Virus record (IMG/VR): IMGVR_UViG_3300029305_005387
Source of the DNA: a virus
Taxonomy: Duplodnaviria > Caudoviricetes
DNA length: 64,000 nt
Direction: 5' to 3' (one strand)
Positions within the stretch are counted from its first letter, which is position 1. Every line of letters starts with the position of its first letter. Positions 18,934 to 29,643 of this stretch are shown piece by piece. The position numbers were made by a program, and so were the translations under genes. The notes below the pieces were generated by a model. That model did no database searches. It saw only the letters and a program-made list of their open reading frames with translations, and was not told the origin of the DNA.

Positions 18934-21900
18934 TTATGAATAACGGAACCAGATATCACCATTCTGTCCATCGGTAGGTCTTCTATAAGAAATAATAGTA
19001 TTTCTAATAGCTCTTCTTTCAAGATCAGAATGCTTTTTAACTGTTGTATATGCAGGTAATTCAATTTCTTGAACAAGTTTATCTCCATTGATGGATTCAT
19101 CTTGCATTTTACTCATAGAAATAGATTTATCTGCAATCTTTTCTTCTGTTACAGATTCATTTCTAATTTTACTATTATCGATAGCATTATCTAGAATATG
19201 AACTGTATTGATCATTTCTTCATTAGCAAGTTTCTGAGCACCGATTGAAAAATCTTGAATCTTATTACCTTTGATAGAATTCATTTGAATCTTATCATCA
19301 TTAATACTTTCATTTTCAATCATTTCAGAATTAACTTTAACCCAATCAACTTTACCAGTTTCTTTATTCATAGAAATAACTGTATTTGGATCTTCAGAAT
19401 CCTTGAATAAATCAGGGGTTAAAGTTTCTTTTTCAACCATTTCTCCAGTTATATTTGTCCATACTGGGTCAGTATTCGCATCAGTAACTGCAAGTACTTT
19501 ATTAGGTTGCTCACTAGTGAATAATTTCTTACCTGTAACTGCACGATCGTTGATATAATCTGTAATTACAGAATCTTCTTTTAGTATTGCACCCTTTTGT
19601 TCATTATATCCATATCCAGTGATGTCAATCATTGGTTCTGATTCAGGTTCAATTTCTCCAGTAATGATACCACGAATTCTAGATACATCAATAGGAGCAA
19701 TCTCGTTTTCTTTTACTTCAAAGGAACTAGAAGCATATGTAACTTCTAATGTTCCGTCAACCATGTCACTGATATCTTTATTAGAAATACTTAGTACTTC
19801 ATCACCATAGTCAGTGTACATAGATGGATTATTTGTAACTACTTGATCATTATTAAGTATAGCATACATTGTATCTTGTGAAATAGGAATAATATAAGAG
19901 TAATCAACTCCAGAACCATTTCCACATCCACAATTACAAGACGAACCAGAATTTCCTTCAAGAGTAAGATTAATACTACCATCTTCAGTATCTTCAACAG
20001 AAACTTCACCATCGATAATAGCACGAATTCTTTCTGCAGAAATTGGTTCTATAACAATATCACCAATTTGTGTACTTTCAGAAGATTCCTCAACAATTAA
20101 TTCCTCATCAACGATAGCTTCGAGAATAGATTCATCAATACGATCAAATTCAACGTCATTATACGTAAATGATTCATTTGAACTTGCTTCAGTTTCACCT
20201 GCAAGTATACTTAGAATGGTTTCATCACTGATGTCATCTATGGTGATATTTCTAGTAACACTAGAACTTGAATCATTACCAGAATCTCCAGTACCTGGTG
20301 AACCACCGCTATTCAATCCACCATAACAAGGAATTCTTGATTGTAGATTAGAATTGAATTTTGCCAAATGCTCGATAATTCTATCAATAACCCACTGACA
20401 GTCCGGTATTAATTCACCATCACCATTATCATCACTTGCTTGTGGTGCTGGACGAACTTCTACTTTCGGTGAACCAAGTAATTCAATACTTCTTACCAGC
20501 TTATCTCTGGTAATAGAAGCATTTTCAATCATGTCCTCGACTACTTTCATATATTGAGGAGCTGAACCGGCTTCACTTACTCCAAGAATTACATTAGATA
20601 CTTCCGAAGATTTAAGTTTAGATATATCTATTAATCCATCTGGTAAAATTACTTCTCCTTCATGAGAATAATTACCCATCATAGATTTAATAGTTTTTCG
20701 CACCCAAGCAGTATCAGGAATAGAATTATCATTTGAATATTCGGCTGGTCTATCGGCAATTCGTGTATTACCATAAAATAGTAAATCGTGTTTTAATTTA
20801 GAATGACCAATAGATCCATCTTCAATAAACTCTTCCGTGATCTGAATAAAATCAGGTACATCTCCAATATTAACAGAACCTAATACTCTGAAAGGTCTTT
20901 CACTTCTGAATATTTTTTCACCAGTAACAGACATATCTTCGATCATATCTGTTTGAATTTGCATCCATTTTATTTGATCACTATCTTTTCCGATACCAAT
21001 AATTCTACTCTTTATATCAGGAATTGCTAATTTGCTTATTTCTATTGAATGATCGGCAATATGTTCATTAATAATAACCTCTGGTAGAATATGCGTAGAA
21101 TCAATTATCTGCTTTGCTAAATATTTAGAGGTGATAGATTCATCTTTAATGTTAGAAATGTCAAACTTAACATCTTCTCCTAACATTTTAGAAGTAATCT
21201 TCATATATTTAGCAGGTGTATTAGCATCTTCAACAGCAAGTACCATATCAGAGATACTACTACTAAATATCTTCTCACCAGTAACGGAATAATCCTCGAT
21301 GAAATCTGTAGTAAGTTTCATCCATTTTGGAGTTCTATTAATTAAATCAAAACCCAAAATAGATTTATTGATATCAGGAATTGCTAGTTTTTCTTCAGTT
21401 ATGGATTCATCAATAATAGCATCAGTTCCAACAGAAGCTGTAGCCATCATTTCTCTTGTGATCTGAGAATATTGAGGGTGTCCACCATCTGGACCAACAG
21501 CTAGTACTCTATTAGGGATTTCAGATTTAAAAATCTTTTCACTAGTTACAGAAGATTCTTCAAGAGCTAATGTAGAAACAGAATCTTTATCGAGAACTCT
21601 TTTAGATACTGATCTATTCGCTAATTTTTCTTCAGTAACTGCATTAGATTTAATATTGTGGGAATCTACAGATTCATCATCCAACATATCTGAATTAATT
21701 CTGCCCCAGTAAGCATCTCCATTAACTTCAGTAACTATTAAAGCTCTATTTTTCAATGGAGAAGAAAAAAGATGTTCTCCGCTTACTGAATGCGGAGCAA
21801 TATTTTTTCCAGTAATAGTAATATTGCTGAATAACTTACGAACCCATGATGTATCAGGAATACTGTTATCATCAGATTCTAATACAGGAGATTCATTTAA

Positions 21901-23451
21901 TTTAACATTACGCAATACTGCATATTGAGCAATCTTATCTCCAGTAACTGCATTTTCTCTGATGTTATTTGTATCAACTGCAGTATCTGCAATTTTTTCA
22001 TGAGTTACTGATTTATCTGATAATTTGGATGTAGATATAGCATTATCAGCAATCATCTCATTAATTACTTGCATCCACTCTGCATCTGATCCAGCTTCTT
22101 TTACAGCTAAAATCCTATTAGATATTTCAGATGTAAATAATACTCTACCTGTAAGTGTATGAGTTTCAATATTAGAATCTTTAATAGTTCCATCTGCAAT
22201 CTTTTCTGTTGTAATAGATCCATCAGCATAGTTGATGGTAGTAATTGTTAAATCAGCTATCTTATTACCAGTAATAGATTTATCGGCATACACAGAATTA
22301 CCTAAAGAATTATCTAATATCTCATTAGAAGTAATGCTCTTTGGAATAATTGAAGCACTTATAAGATTTGCATCTTTATTTACTTCAATTTTGATATGGG
22401 TTCCAATTGTACCTATATATTTCTGAACTAGATTCTGAATACTGATACGCTTAGAAGATCCATTTAATTCAGTAATAACCAATTCATTAGTTTCCTGATC
22501 TACAGTAATTTCATCAACTAAACCATCAGTAACAATTGGAATAGATACGACTGAAGTATCATTAAAAGATATCAATAATCTACCTTTTGTTTGATCATAA
22601 TTGATATCAATTACATATTTCAAGTCACCATATAAACCACTAATTCCAGAAATTAATGCATTTAAATTATCTAATGCATTCTTAGTTGCTCTAGAAATAG
22701 GTTTATCAATATCGGAAGTATTATCTACATTACTTAACCCAATCTGATCTTTAGTTACTTCATGTGGATTATTTTTATCAAGAGTATGATTTTCAAAAGT
22801 AACTAAATCTACTGCACCAATCTGTTTAGCTGTTACATGATGAGGATTTTCATAATCAGATATATGTTTAGTAATATTAACTCCGAATTGAGTAGAATCA
22901 ATTTCTGTTATTATATTAGACATTTCTTTTCTAATATCAGAAATTAATTTTGTTATCGCAGCTTGAGAAACAATACCTGTTTCATCATCGCCTAATTCAT
23001 TATATATTTCTGGCCTACCAACAATTGCAGTCCATAGTAATTTGGTCGTGTCATCACCAGTAGCATTTCCATTATTATCTACAAAGCCATATTTACGAAG
23101 TAATTCACCTACAGCTTTTTCTGTTGGAATTCTATCACTTCGTTGAGAAGCTTCATCGTATGGAATTTTAGTACTAATTTGAATAGATCCAATAGCACCA
23201 GCTGCTCCACCATAAGTTACTAAATTATCAGCTGATTTAGCAGGGATAAGAGGTTGACGTCCATTCAAATCAGAATTAATTTGTTCTAATACTTCTGCTA
23301 ATGTAGGACTATCCTCATCGTACATATCCTGTCGTACAGCTTTAAATACAGTAATAGGAAATGTGTTCTTATAATTTAGATTAGGTGGAGGAGTGGCGTT
23401 GGGATCTATCCACACACGTGATTGAATAATTTCATGTCCTATTAGTCCCAT
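18934..23451 (-). CDS. Long tail fibre protein (1505 aa)
   Basis: NPHxVT..QIG repeats, many I.D.S(I/V)T..K(I/L) repeats, C-terminal PTDGQNGDIWF. Confidence 0.75.
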   Translation of the reverse strand: MGLIGHEIIQSRVWIDPNATPPPNLNYKNTFPITVFKAVRQDMYDEDSPTLAEVLEQINSDLNGRQPLIPAKSADNLVTYGGAAGAIGSIQISTKIPYDEASQRSDRIPTEKAVGELLRKYGFVDNNGNATGDDTTKLLWTAIVGRPEIYNELGDDETGIVSQAAITKLISDIRKEMSNIITEIDSTQFGVNITKHISDYENPHHVTAKQIGAVDLVTFENHTLDKNNPHEVTKDQIGLSNVDNTSDIDKPISRATKNALDNLNALISGISGLYGDLKYVIDINYDQTKGRLLISFNDTSVVSIPIVTDGLVDEITVDQETNELVITELNGSSKRISIQNLVQKYIGTIGTHIKIEVNKDANLISASIIPKSITSNEILDNSLGNSVYADKSITGNKIADLTITTINYADGSITTEKIADGTIKDSNIETHTLTGRVLFTSEISNRILAVKEAGSDAEWMQVINEMIADNAISTSKLSDKSVTHEKIADTAVDTNNIRENAVTGDKIAQYAVLRNVKLNESPVLESDDNSIPDTSWVRKLFSNITITGKNIAPHSVSGEHLFSSPLKNRALIVTEVNGDAYWGRINSDMLDDESVDSHNIKSNAVTEEKLANRSVSKRVLDKDSVSTLALEESSVTSEKIFKSEIPNRVLAVGPDGGHPQYSQITREMMATASVGTDAIIDESITEEKLAIPDINKSILGFDLINRTPKWMKLTTDFIEDYSVTGEKIFSSSISDMVLAVEDANTPAKYMKITSKMLGEDVKFDISNIKDESITSKYLAKQIIDSTHILPEVIINEHIADHSIEISKLAIPDIKSRIIGIGKDSDQIKWMQIQTDMIEDMSVTGEKIFRSERPFRVLGSVNIGDVPDFIQITEEFIEDGSIGHSKLKHDLLFYGNTRIADRPAEYSNDNSIPDTAWVRKTIKSMMGNYSHEGEVILPDGLIDISKLKSSEVSNVILGVSEAGSAPQYMKVVEDMIENASITRDKLVRSIELLGSPKVEVRPAPQASDDNGDGELIPDCQWVIDRIIEHLAKFNSNLQSRIPCYGGLNSGGSPGTGDSGNDSSSSVTRNITIDDISDETILSILAGETEASSNESFTYNDVEFDRIDESILEAIVDEELIVEESSESTQIGDIVIEPISAERIRAIIDGEVSVEDTEDGSINLTLEGNSGSSCNCGCGNGSGVDYSYIIPISQDTMYAILNNDQVVTNNPSMYTDYGDEVLSISNKDISDMVDGTLEVTYASSSFEVKENEIAPIDVSRIRGIITGEIEPESEPMIDITGYGYNEQKGAILKEDSVITDYINDRAVTGKKLFTSEQPNKVLAVTDANTDPVWTNITGEMVEKETLTPDLFKDSEDPNTVISMNKETGKVDWVKVNSEMIENESINDDKIQMNSIKGNKIQDFSIGAQKLANEEMINTVHILDNAIDNSKIRNESVTEEKIADKSISMSKMQDESINGDKLVQEIELPAYTTVKKHSDLERRAIRNTIISYRRPTDGQNGDIWFRYS

Positions 23452-23573
23452 TTTGTAATCACTCCTTCTTTATAAACTGTGATATCTTTAAAGAAGGGTT
23501 GCTCACGAATACTGAACCAAGACCATTCTTTAAAGATATGCTTGGAGTATACAAGTAAACTAAATAAAGGAGG

Positions 23574-24164
23574 ATGGCAGAAATGAGCAATAATGTATAT
23601 CAATTTCTTGATGATCTTGGAACACAAGAATTCATCGATGTTGTAAAAGAAATCGCTGAAGAAAATTTGGAAAAATCCATATGTACAGATATAGATTCTG
23701 AAAGTACGGATAATGAAATGCCTAGTGCTAAAAGTGTATTATCATTGATAGATCAGGTTATTAATGTCATTAATAATACGACTGGAGAAATTTCAGATGT
23801 CAAAAAATCTTTACAAGATGCATGTGGATACTGTGGTATAACAGTTGCTGGTATTGGTGCTTCTAGTATTATGGAACATCTTAAGTTCAGTTTTATTACT
23901 GGTGATATCAATACATTAGTGACTAATCCGGATAGTTCAATATTATATTTCCAACATGATTCAGAAGATGATAATACATGGACAATGTATATTTACAAAG
24001 ATAAATGGTTAGCTGTAGGAGAAACTAAATATGATCTTCTGAATTACTGGAGTAAAGATAATGATGAAATACTACAGGAAGTATATAATCGTGTAATTGG
24101 ATCTATTGCATCGAATAATATAAAAACAAAAGCAACTTCAGCATATACTAAGATCGTTAAATAA
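23574..24164 (+). CDS. Virion fibre/decoration family paralogue 1
   Basis: FLD..G N-terminus and TGDI...YFQHD...TWTMYIY...W..VG.T...YWSK motif shared with the next two genes. Confidence 0.55.
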   Translation: MAEMSNNVYQFLDDLGTQEFIDVVKEIAEENLEKSICTDIDSESTDNEMPSAKSVLSLIDQVINVINNTTGEISDVKKSLQDACGYCGITVAGIGASSIMEHLKFSFITGDINTLVTNPDSSILYFQHDSEDDNTWTMYIYKDKWLAVGETKYDLLNYWSKDNDEILQEVYNRVIGSIASNNIKTKATSAYTKIVK

Positions 24165-24175
24165 CAAAGGTGAAA

Positions 24176-24207
24176 TAGTAGGACGAGGCAATTGCCTCGT
24201 CCTACTA
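24176..24207. terminator. Perfect 32-bp palindrome, bidirectional terminator
   Basis: tagtaggacgaggcaa|ttgcctcgtcctacta. Confidence 0.7.
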
Positions 24208-24240
24208 CCTCTATATCTTTATTATATATCGGAGGATATA

Positions 24241-25104
24241 TTAGTCAAGATAAGCGTTGTCGCCAGTGTAAGGATCAGTGTTAGCAAATGCAGTAGCAAC
24301 AGCAGAGCTGATGGTATCTTCTGCAATAGCTTCCATGATCAAGTTCTTCAACTCGTTAACGCTTGCATCGCTCTTATCCCAGTAATTGGACAAGGAGATG
24401 GAAGTGTCACCAACACAAAGCCATTCGTAAGTATCTTCACCAGTCTTGTTGTAGATGTAAAGGTTGTAAGTAGTGTCTTCAACCTGAGCAACGTTTGCAT
24501 AGATTGCATCGTCATCAGCTACAACATCAGTAGTTACAGTACCGTCTACAACCTTGTATACAACACCAGTATCAGGATCTACGTAAGCTTCGTATCCATC
24601 ACTAGCAGCATGAGAACCATCTGCAGCCAACAGGAAACCATCGTTACCTACAGAGTAGCTAGGTTCATCATGCTGAAGATAGATCACGTCAGTCTTAGCT
24701 TCACCAGCAGGTACCTGAGTTTCGATGTCACCAGTTACTACCTGATAAGTCAAGTGAGTAAGAGCAGAGATTTCAGTACGAACCTTTGCAATTTCACCAT
24801 ATACAGTAGCAGTAGTAGCACCGTCAGCTGCAGTACCAATTGCATTCTTAAGAGCCTTAACCTTGTCAAGTACAGTATTACCAGTACCGTCAATAGTAGT
24901 ATCGAAGTTATCGATATTACCAATCAAGCCAAGCAATACCTTTGCAGCAAGAACGTGATTGTCATCATTGTATGCATCAGCAGTGATGCCTACAGTAGAA
25001 TCAATGATACGTTCCTTGATACGAGAGTTAGCTCCACGCAGGATATAAGTCGCTAGTGCCTGCACACCAGATTCATCGAGGAAATTGAATTTTTCAACTG
25101 CCAT
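24241..25104 (-). CDS. Virion fibre/decoration family paralogue 2 (likely abundant)
   Basis: FLDESG; VTGDI...YLQHD..[insert]..TYNLYIY...WLCVGDT...YWDK; optimised codon usage. Confidence 0.6.
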   Translation of the reverse strand: MAVEKFNFLDESGVQALATYILRGANSRIKERIIDSTVGITADAYNDDNHVLAAKVLLGLIGNIDNFDTTIDGTGNTVLDKVKALKNAIGTAADGATTATVYGEIAKVRTEISALTHLTYQVVTGDIETQVPAGEAKTDVIYLQHDEPSYSVGNDGFLLAADGSHAASDGYEAYVDPDTGVVYKVVDGTVTTDVVADDDAIYANVAQVEDTTYNLYIYNKTGEDTYEWLCVGDTSISLSNYWDKSDASVNELKNLIMEAIAEDTISSAVATAFANTDPYTGDNAYLD

Positions 25105-25190
25105 AATTGAGTCATCCTTTCTATTCTTTTTATAGTTTTGAGATTTGTTATAATGGATATTCCACTATTACATTATTTGTTATTCTGTAA

Positions 25191-25985
25191 TTATTCTGTA
25201 GTAACCGTAGAAGTATACTCTACGTTAATAGTAGCATCTTCCTTAGGCATTACACCACTAATTACAGTTTGAGTAGTTGTGTAACCATCAACTACTGGGG
25301 ATTCAACTTCATAGTCTTCACCAGAAGTTACCTTAGCTGAATATGCTTCAGCAACAGAATTTCCTTCAGTATCAACATAGTTAATAGTTAAAGTGAACTG
25401 AGATGGGAATGCATCTGTTTTAAGCATAGCTTCATCAAGAATTGCAGTAAGTTCATCAGCTTCAATACCATTGAGATCTTCAGAACTTACTTTACCACCT
25501 ACAACTTCAGCCAAAGCTTCGATGTCACTAGTAATTGTATCAATTCCAAGTGCAACACGGAGCTCAGCGATGTCTCCTTCTGATTTGGACCAGTAACCAC
25601 TTAGATCAATATCAGTATTACCAAGGCAGAACCAACTACCAGTAGTTTCTTCTTCAGTAGTATCTGTGATCCAAACGTACATCATCCAAGTTGTATCTTC
25701 TTCAGAGTCACGCTGTAGATATATGAAATTACTAGATCTTTCAGCTTCAGGAACCTGAACATCAATATCTCCAGTGACAGTTTTAAAGCTAGTATGTTTG
25801 CTATTCTGAATAGCTTTATACACAGCTAATGCACTAGGAGTATGATTATCATCACTAGAAGCATTTACTTCAGTAACAATACGTTCTGCAATCTTAGTAT
25901 TGACACTCTGTAAGATGCCTTTAGTAAGTTCTTTCACACCTGCACGATCTAGAAATTCATATTTCATAATTTCATTGATATCCAT
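25191..25985 (-). CDS. Virion fibre/decoration family paralogue 3 with C-terminal MucBP domain
   Basis: FLDRAG; YLQRD..TWMMYVW...WFCLGNT..YWSK; C-terminal LTINYVDTEG...GEDYEVESPVVDGYT...GVMPKEDATINVEY. Confidence 0.65.
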   Translation of the reverse strand: MDINEIMKYEFLDRAGVKELTKGILQSVNTKIAERIVTEVNASSDDNHTPSALAVYKAIQNSKHTSFKTVTGDIDVQVPEAERSSNFIYLQRDSEEDTTWMMYVWITDTTEEETTGSWFCLGNTDIDLSGYWSKSEGDIAELRVALGIDTITSDIEALAEVVGGKVSSEDLNGIEADELTAILDEAMLKTDAFPSQFTLTINYVDTEGNSVAEAYSAKVTSGEDYEVESPVVDGYTTTQTVISGVMPKEDATINVEYTSTVTTE

Positions 25986-26033
25986 ACTTTTTACCCTCCT
26001 TCTTTCAGATTTATAGACTTGTTTCGTCTACAT

Positions 26034-26177
26034 TTATTCTTCTAATAAGGAGGTATCTTCTTCAATATTTTCAGATTTTATGAATCGTTCATCAATTCTT
26101 GTATTTATTGCTTTAAACATCTCTTCAGCAAATTTTTGGATTTCTTCCACAGTCATGAGTTTCATAATATCATCCAT
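26034..26177 (-). CDS. 47-aa mini-paralogue of the N-terminal helix of the decoration family (absent from ORF track)
   Basis: GGGAGG RBS; MDDIMKLMTVEEIQKFAEEMFKAINTRIDERF aligns with MDINEIMKYEFLDRAGVKELTKGILQSVNTKIAERI. Confidence 0.5.
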   Translation of the reverse strand: MDDIMKLMTVEEIQKFAEEMFKAINTRIDERFIKSENIEEDTSLLEE

Positions 26178-26206
26178 ATGAATATTATCCCTCCCTAAAT
26201 AAAAGC

Positions 26207-27637
26207 TTACTCTTCAAATGAATCTCCCGTATCTTCATCCAGGCTTTCAAGCATTTCACTTATCCAATCATGAGAAATCGGAGCAATTACTTCTTCTAAT
26301 GTTTCTGTGACTGAATCAGAAATCTCTTCATCAATAGAATCATCGAATTTCTTTAATTCTTCAACTTCTTTTTGCAATTCATCAATTTTCTTTAATAAAG
26401 CTTTAATAAACTTAGCTTTACTAGGAGGAATATTTGGTTTGATTGGAGGTTTTGTAGGCTTCTCAGGAAGTTCTGGAATCTCAGGATTTACTGTCTCTCC
26501 GCTTTCAGGATGTAAATCTTTAATCACAGAGACAAGTGTCTGAATACTTTCATTCAACTGATTGATGACTGTATTCTGTTCATAATCCATTTTGTTAATT
26601 CCAGATTGATTGTTCTGAGGATTACAATTACAAGAAGTATTTCCTTGAGTTTGATAATATGGAGATTTCAAAGCTTCTGCTATATAAGAGGAATCATTTA
26701 CTACAATAATGTCATTCTTCCATATAGAGAATTTGAAAATAATTCTATGACCAGGATTGATTAAAAATGTTCTGTTCACATGAATAGTTCCACATGCCAT
26801 TGCAAGTGTTTTAGTTCCCTTATGATTGATTTCTTCTAAATGAAGAATCATATCTTTATTTTCTTCGTCATAATGGTAGAATCTATTAAAGAAAGTCCAT
26901 GTAGGAGGACAAAAACTTCTTTGGAAAGATTCATCAAACGAATGTCTTGTTTGAACCTGTTGGTGATAATTGTAAATATCAGATTCACAACCATAAAAAT
27001 ATTCAACCATTTTAGGATCGTAGATCATACTCTGTTTAACTCTAGGAGTTTTTGGATCATTTTTAACACATTCATAGAACATCTGAATTGATGTAATACG
27101 AAGCATCATCGGTTCAGTACCATGAGTAAATTGATCAATAGTTGAAACCATTGAATTACAGAAGTTTACAACAATAGCATTGTCATTAATATCACTCTGG
27201 TTAATAGCCATGAAATAATTGCGTTCAGGAATCCTGATTGTTTCAATTGCAGAACGAAGAACTTGACCAGTTCTCTTATTTTCTAACTGATAATTTACTC
27301 TCAACATTATACCTTTACGAAACACAGGTAACTGATGTTCAAGCATATCATAATTATTTTTAATAAGAGTAATCAAATCATTCTGTTTTGTCATATTACC
27401 AATGATATTGAGACCACCATCAGAAGCACGTTTTCCAATATCGTCAATACTAATATCAACAATAGTTCTCATACATTCAGATTGATCAATAAAGATTTCA
27501 CTCTTAATGATGGAACTATCTATTTGTTGAAAAGATCTTTGATCTAGGTACTCTGCTACAAGATAAGGAATCCCATTTAAATTGAGATATGCATTTGTAT
27601 GTACAGAATTCTGATCACAACACGTACAGTTGTTCAT
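26207..27637 (-). CDS. Hypothetical virion protein
   Basis: 476 aa, Pro-rich linker and coiled-coil C-terminus; late-type promoter motif upstream. Confidence 0.45.
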   Translation of the reverse strand: MNNCTCCDQNSVHTNAYLNLNGIPYLVAEYLDQRSFQQIDSSIIKSEIFIDQSECMRTIVDISIDDIGKRASDGGLNIIGNMTKQNDLITLIKNNYDMLEHQLPVFRKGIMLRVNYQLENKRTGQVLRSAIETIRIPERNYFMAINQSDINDNAIVVNFCNSMVSTIDQFTHGTEPMMLRITSIQMFYECVKNDPKTPRVKQSMIYDPKMVEYFYGCESDIYNYHQQVQTRHSFDESFQRSFCPPTWTFFNRFYHYDEENKDMILHLEEINHKGTKTLAMACGTIHVNRTFLINPGHRIIFKFSIWKNDIIVVNDSSYIAEALKSPYYQTQGNTSCNCNPQNNQSGINKMDYEQNTVINQLNESIQTLVSVIKDLHPESGETVNPEIPELPEKPTKPPIKPNIPPSKAKFIKALLKKIDELQKEVEELKKFDDSIDEEISDSVTETLEEVIAPISHDWISEMLESLDEDTGDSFEE

Positions 27638-27697
27638 ATCTATATCTCCTTTCTTAAAATAAATTGGAATTCAATGTTATCCATTACTGATCTGTTT

Positions 27698-28909
27698 TCA
27701 GTTAAGTCCGAGGATTTTACGCATAATAAATATGATAATTGGTGTATAAAGATAAATATCTTTATGATATACGGAAGATATTAATGCATCTGCTGTATAT
27801 AATGAAATATCAGTCATTGAAATATCTGATTTATTAATATACTTCCAAATCAATTTTTCATATTCGTTAATAGGTTCTTCACTTGTATTCATGAAAGCAT
27901 TAAATTGGACATCATCGAAATATGAATATTGAAGATGTCTATCATTGGTATTGAGAGGATGTATTACTTGAACATCATCTTCTCCCCATTCTACAAAAGA
28001 AGAATATCTATATTCAGATGCATATCGTAAATTGAAATTAAATTTCTGAAGTAATCTTGCAGGTGCACCTAATTCCAGCCAACTGAAAATAGAATTATTA
28101 TATTTAATTGGTAACATTGAATCTCTTAGCTTATCTTGTAATACTATTACTTTACCTGAATTTGAGAAGTTCATTAAACTATATTTGCCGATAAACTCAT
28201 TGGCACACATATCAAACCATCGATCACCATTTTCATCTTTGTATAAAAAACAATTATGTTTTTCATCATAGAACAATGCTCTATATGATACAATCATCTG
28301 GTTAATCATTTGAAGAATCTGACCTTTAGTCACGAAATCATCTTCTCTAATAATTGGATTTAAATTTGTACCAATGGCATTTAATTCAGTATGATATTTA
28401 TCAATGACTTGATATGTTCTTAATTTCTGAATTGATTCATGAGATGTGGTTTGTAAATGATATCTAATCTTATAAAATCCATCAGGTTTCATACTATCAT
28501 AAGATACATTGGTTACCTGAAATAGATGAATCATTTTCAAATGTTTTACGATGAAAAGGTCCATTGGTTTAGGAACTATAGTAGATGGCAATATAGTACA
28601 TTCACCATCAACATTGATATCTTCAATTTGTTGTTCATCAGTATTCTCTGGATTTGCTTGTCCAAAATCATATAATGGAAAATTATCAATTTCATTATAT
28701 CTGATAGGGGCATGTTTACCAAATAACTCATCTATATCTTTTGTACCACGATCAACAGTTGAAGAGTTTTCATCTTGTGAAAAATATGTAGTAAGAATAG
28801 CACCACTACCGTGATATTTATTCATTTGAGAATTTAAACGTTCTTCAAATTTAAATATATTCCCATTAATGAGAGTACTTTCATCAAAAATTAATTGACT
28901 CATAATCAC
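27698..28909 (-). CDS. Jumbo-phage virion structural protein (possibly neck/head completion)
   Basis: 403 aa; TTYF...PIRYNEI...GECTILPSTIVPKPMDLF pattern recalled from phiKZ/AR9-like virion proteins. Confidence 0.45.
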   Translation of the reverse strand: MIMSQLIFDESTLINGNIFKFEERLNSQMNKYHGSGAILTTYFSQDENSSTVDRGTKDIDELFGKHAPIRYNEIDNFPLYDFGQANPENTDEQQIEDINVDGECTILPSTIVPKPMDLFIVKHLKMIHLFQVTNVSYDSMKPDGFYKIRYHLQTTSHESIQKLRTYQVIDKYHTELNAIGTNLNPIIREDDFVTKGQILQMINQMIVSYRALFYDEKHNCFLYKDENGDRWFDMCANEFIGKYSLMNFSNSGKVIVLQDKLRDSMLPIKYNNSIFSWLELGAPARLLQKFNFNLRYASEYRYSSFVEWGEDDVQVIHPLNTNDRHLQYSYFDDVQFNAFMNTSEEPINEYEKLIWKYINKSDISMTDISLYTADALISSVYHKDIYLYTPIIIFIMRKILGLN

Positions 28910-28963
28910 ACTTCCTTTCTTAATATTTCAATAAAGTTGTTATAAGGAGGTCCGAAAATAAAA

Positions 28964-28999
28964 AATAAAGGATGGGAGATATATCTCCCATCCTTTATT
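28964..28999 (-). terminator. Perfect 36-bp palindrome terminator
   Basis: aataaaggatgggagata|tatctcccatcctttatt. Confidence 0.7.
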
Positions 29000-29001
29000 A
29001 A

Positions 29002-29259
29002 TTATCGATTAACTACACCAACTTGATCAGCAAGGTTCATGATATTAATAGAGGATTGAACTCTAGATTTCAGCATTGAATACATTGGAATACTTGTAGG
29101 ATATAACCTCATACCTTCATCAATATTTCCAATAATTTCTTCTAGAATTGATTTTCTCTTGATATAATAAACTCTACTTTCAACATTTCCAGAACTCAGT
29201 GATTTTAGCTCTTCGATTCCTTTTAATACGTTTTCATGAATTTCGTTAAATGTTCTCAT
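29002..29259 (-). CDS. Hypothetical protein
   Basis: 85-aa ORF with AGGAGG RBS. Confidence 0.55.
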   Translation of the reverse strand: MRTFNEIHENVLKGIEELKSLSSGNVESRVYYIKRKSILEEIIGNIDEGMRLYPTSIPMYSMLKSRVQSSINIMNLADQVGVVNR

Positions 29260-29274
29260 AATAAACCTCCTATG

Positions 29275-29571
29275 TTAATTAATCTTTCTAAAACCAGCAA
29301 ACATTGCTAAACCTGCAGATCCATCGTTACATTTACAAGGAACATGTAACGGTACTTGATACAAATATGGATTTCCTTGAAACATTTGATTCTGGATTAC
29401 CATTCCTAATAATTCTGGTAACTTGTCATATGGAATTTCTCGAGGATTACCTACAACAAGCATACGTCCGCAAAGTGGACATTTATAACATGGCTGATAT
29501 AAAGATTTTCCAGTTTCTTGTTTTACTGACATTGGTGAATTATTTTCTGTTTTCTTTTTAAATAGATTCAT
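29275..29571 (-). CDS. Small Zn-ribbon protein
   Basis: YKCPLCG ... HVPCKC..G; AAGGAGG RBS. Confidence 0.55.
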   Translation of the reverse strand: MNLFKKKTENNSPMSVKQETGKSLYQPCYKCPLCGRMLVVGNPREIPYDKLPELLGMVIQNQMFQGNPYLYQVPLHVPCKCNDGSAGLAMFAGFRKIN

Positions 29572-29601
29572 TATTATAAAATCCTCCTTTTTAAACTTTA
29601 A

Positions 29602-29638
29602 ATATACAGAAGAGGACTAATAGTCCTCTTCTGTATAT
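29602..29638 (-). terminator. Near-perfect palindrome terminator
   Basis: 18-bp arms around a single central A. Confidence 0.7.
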
Positions 29639-29643
29639 AGTTA

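Noticed and set aside
7432-25985. Diversity-generating retroelement or invertase-driven fibre switching
   Set aside because: No reverse transcriptase, recombinase, template/variable repeat pair or inverted crossover sites seen in this window
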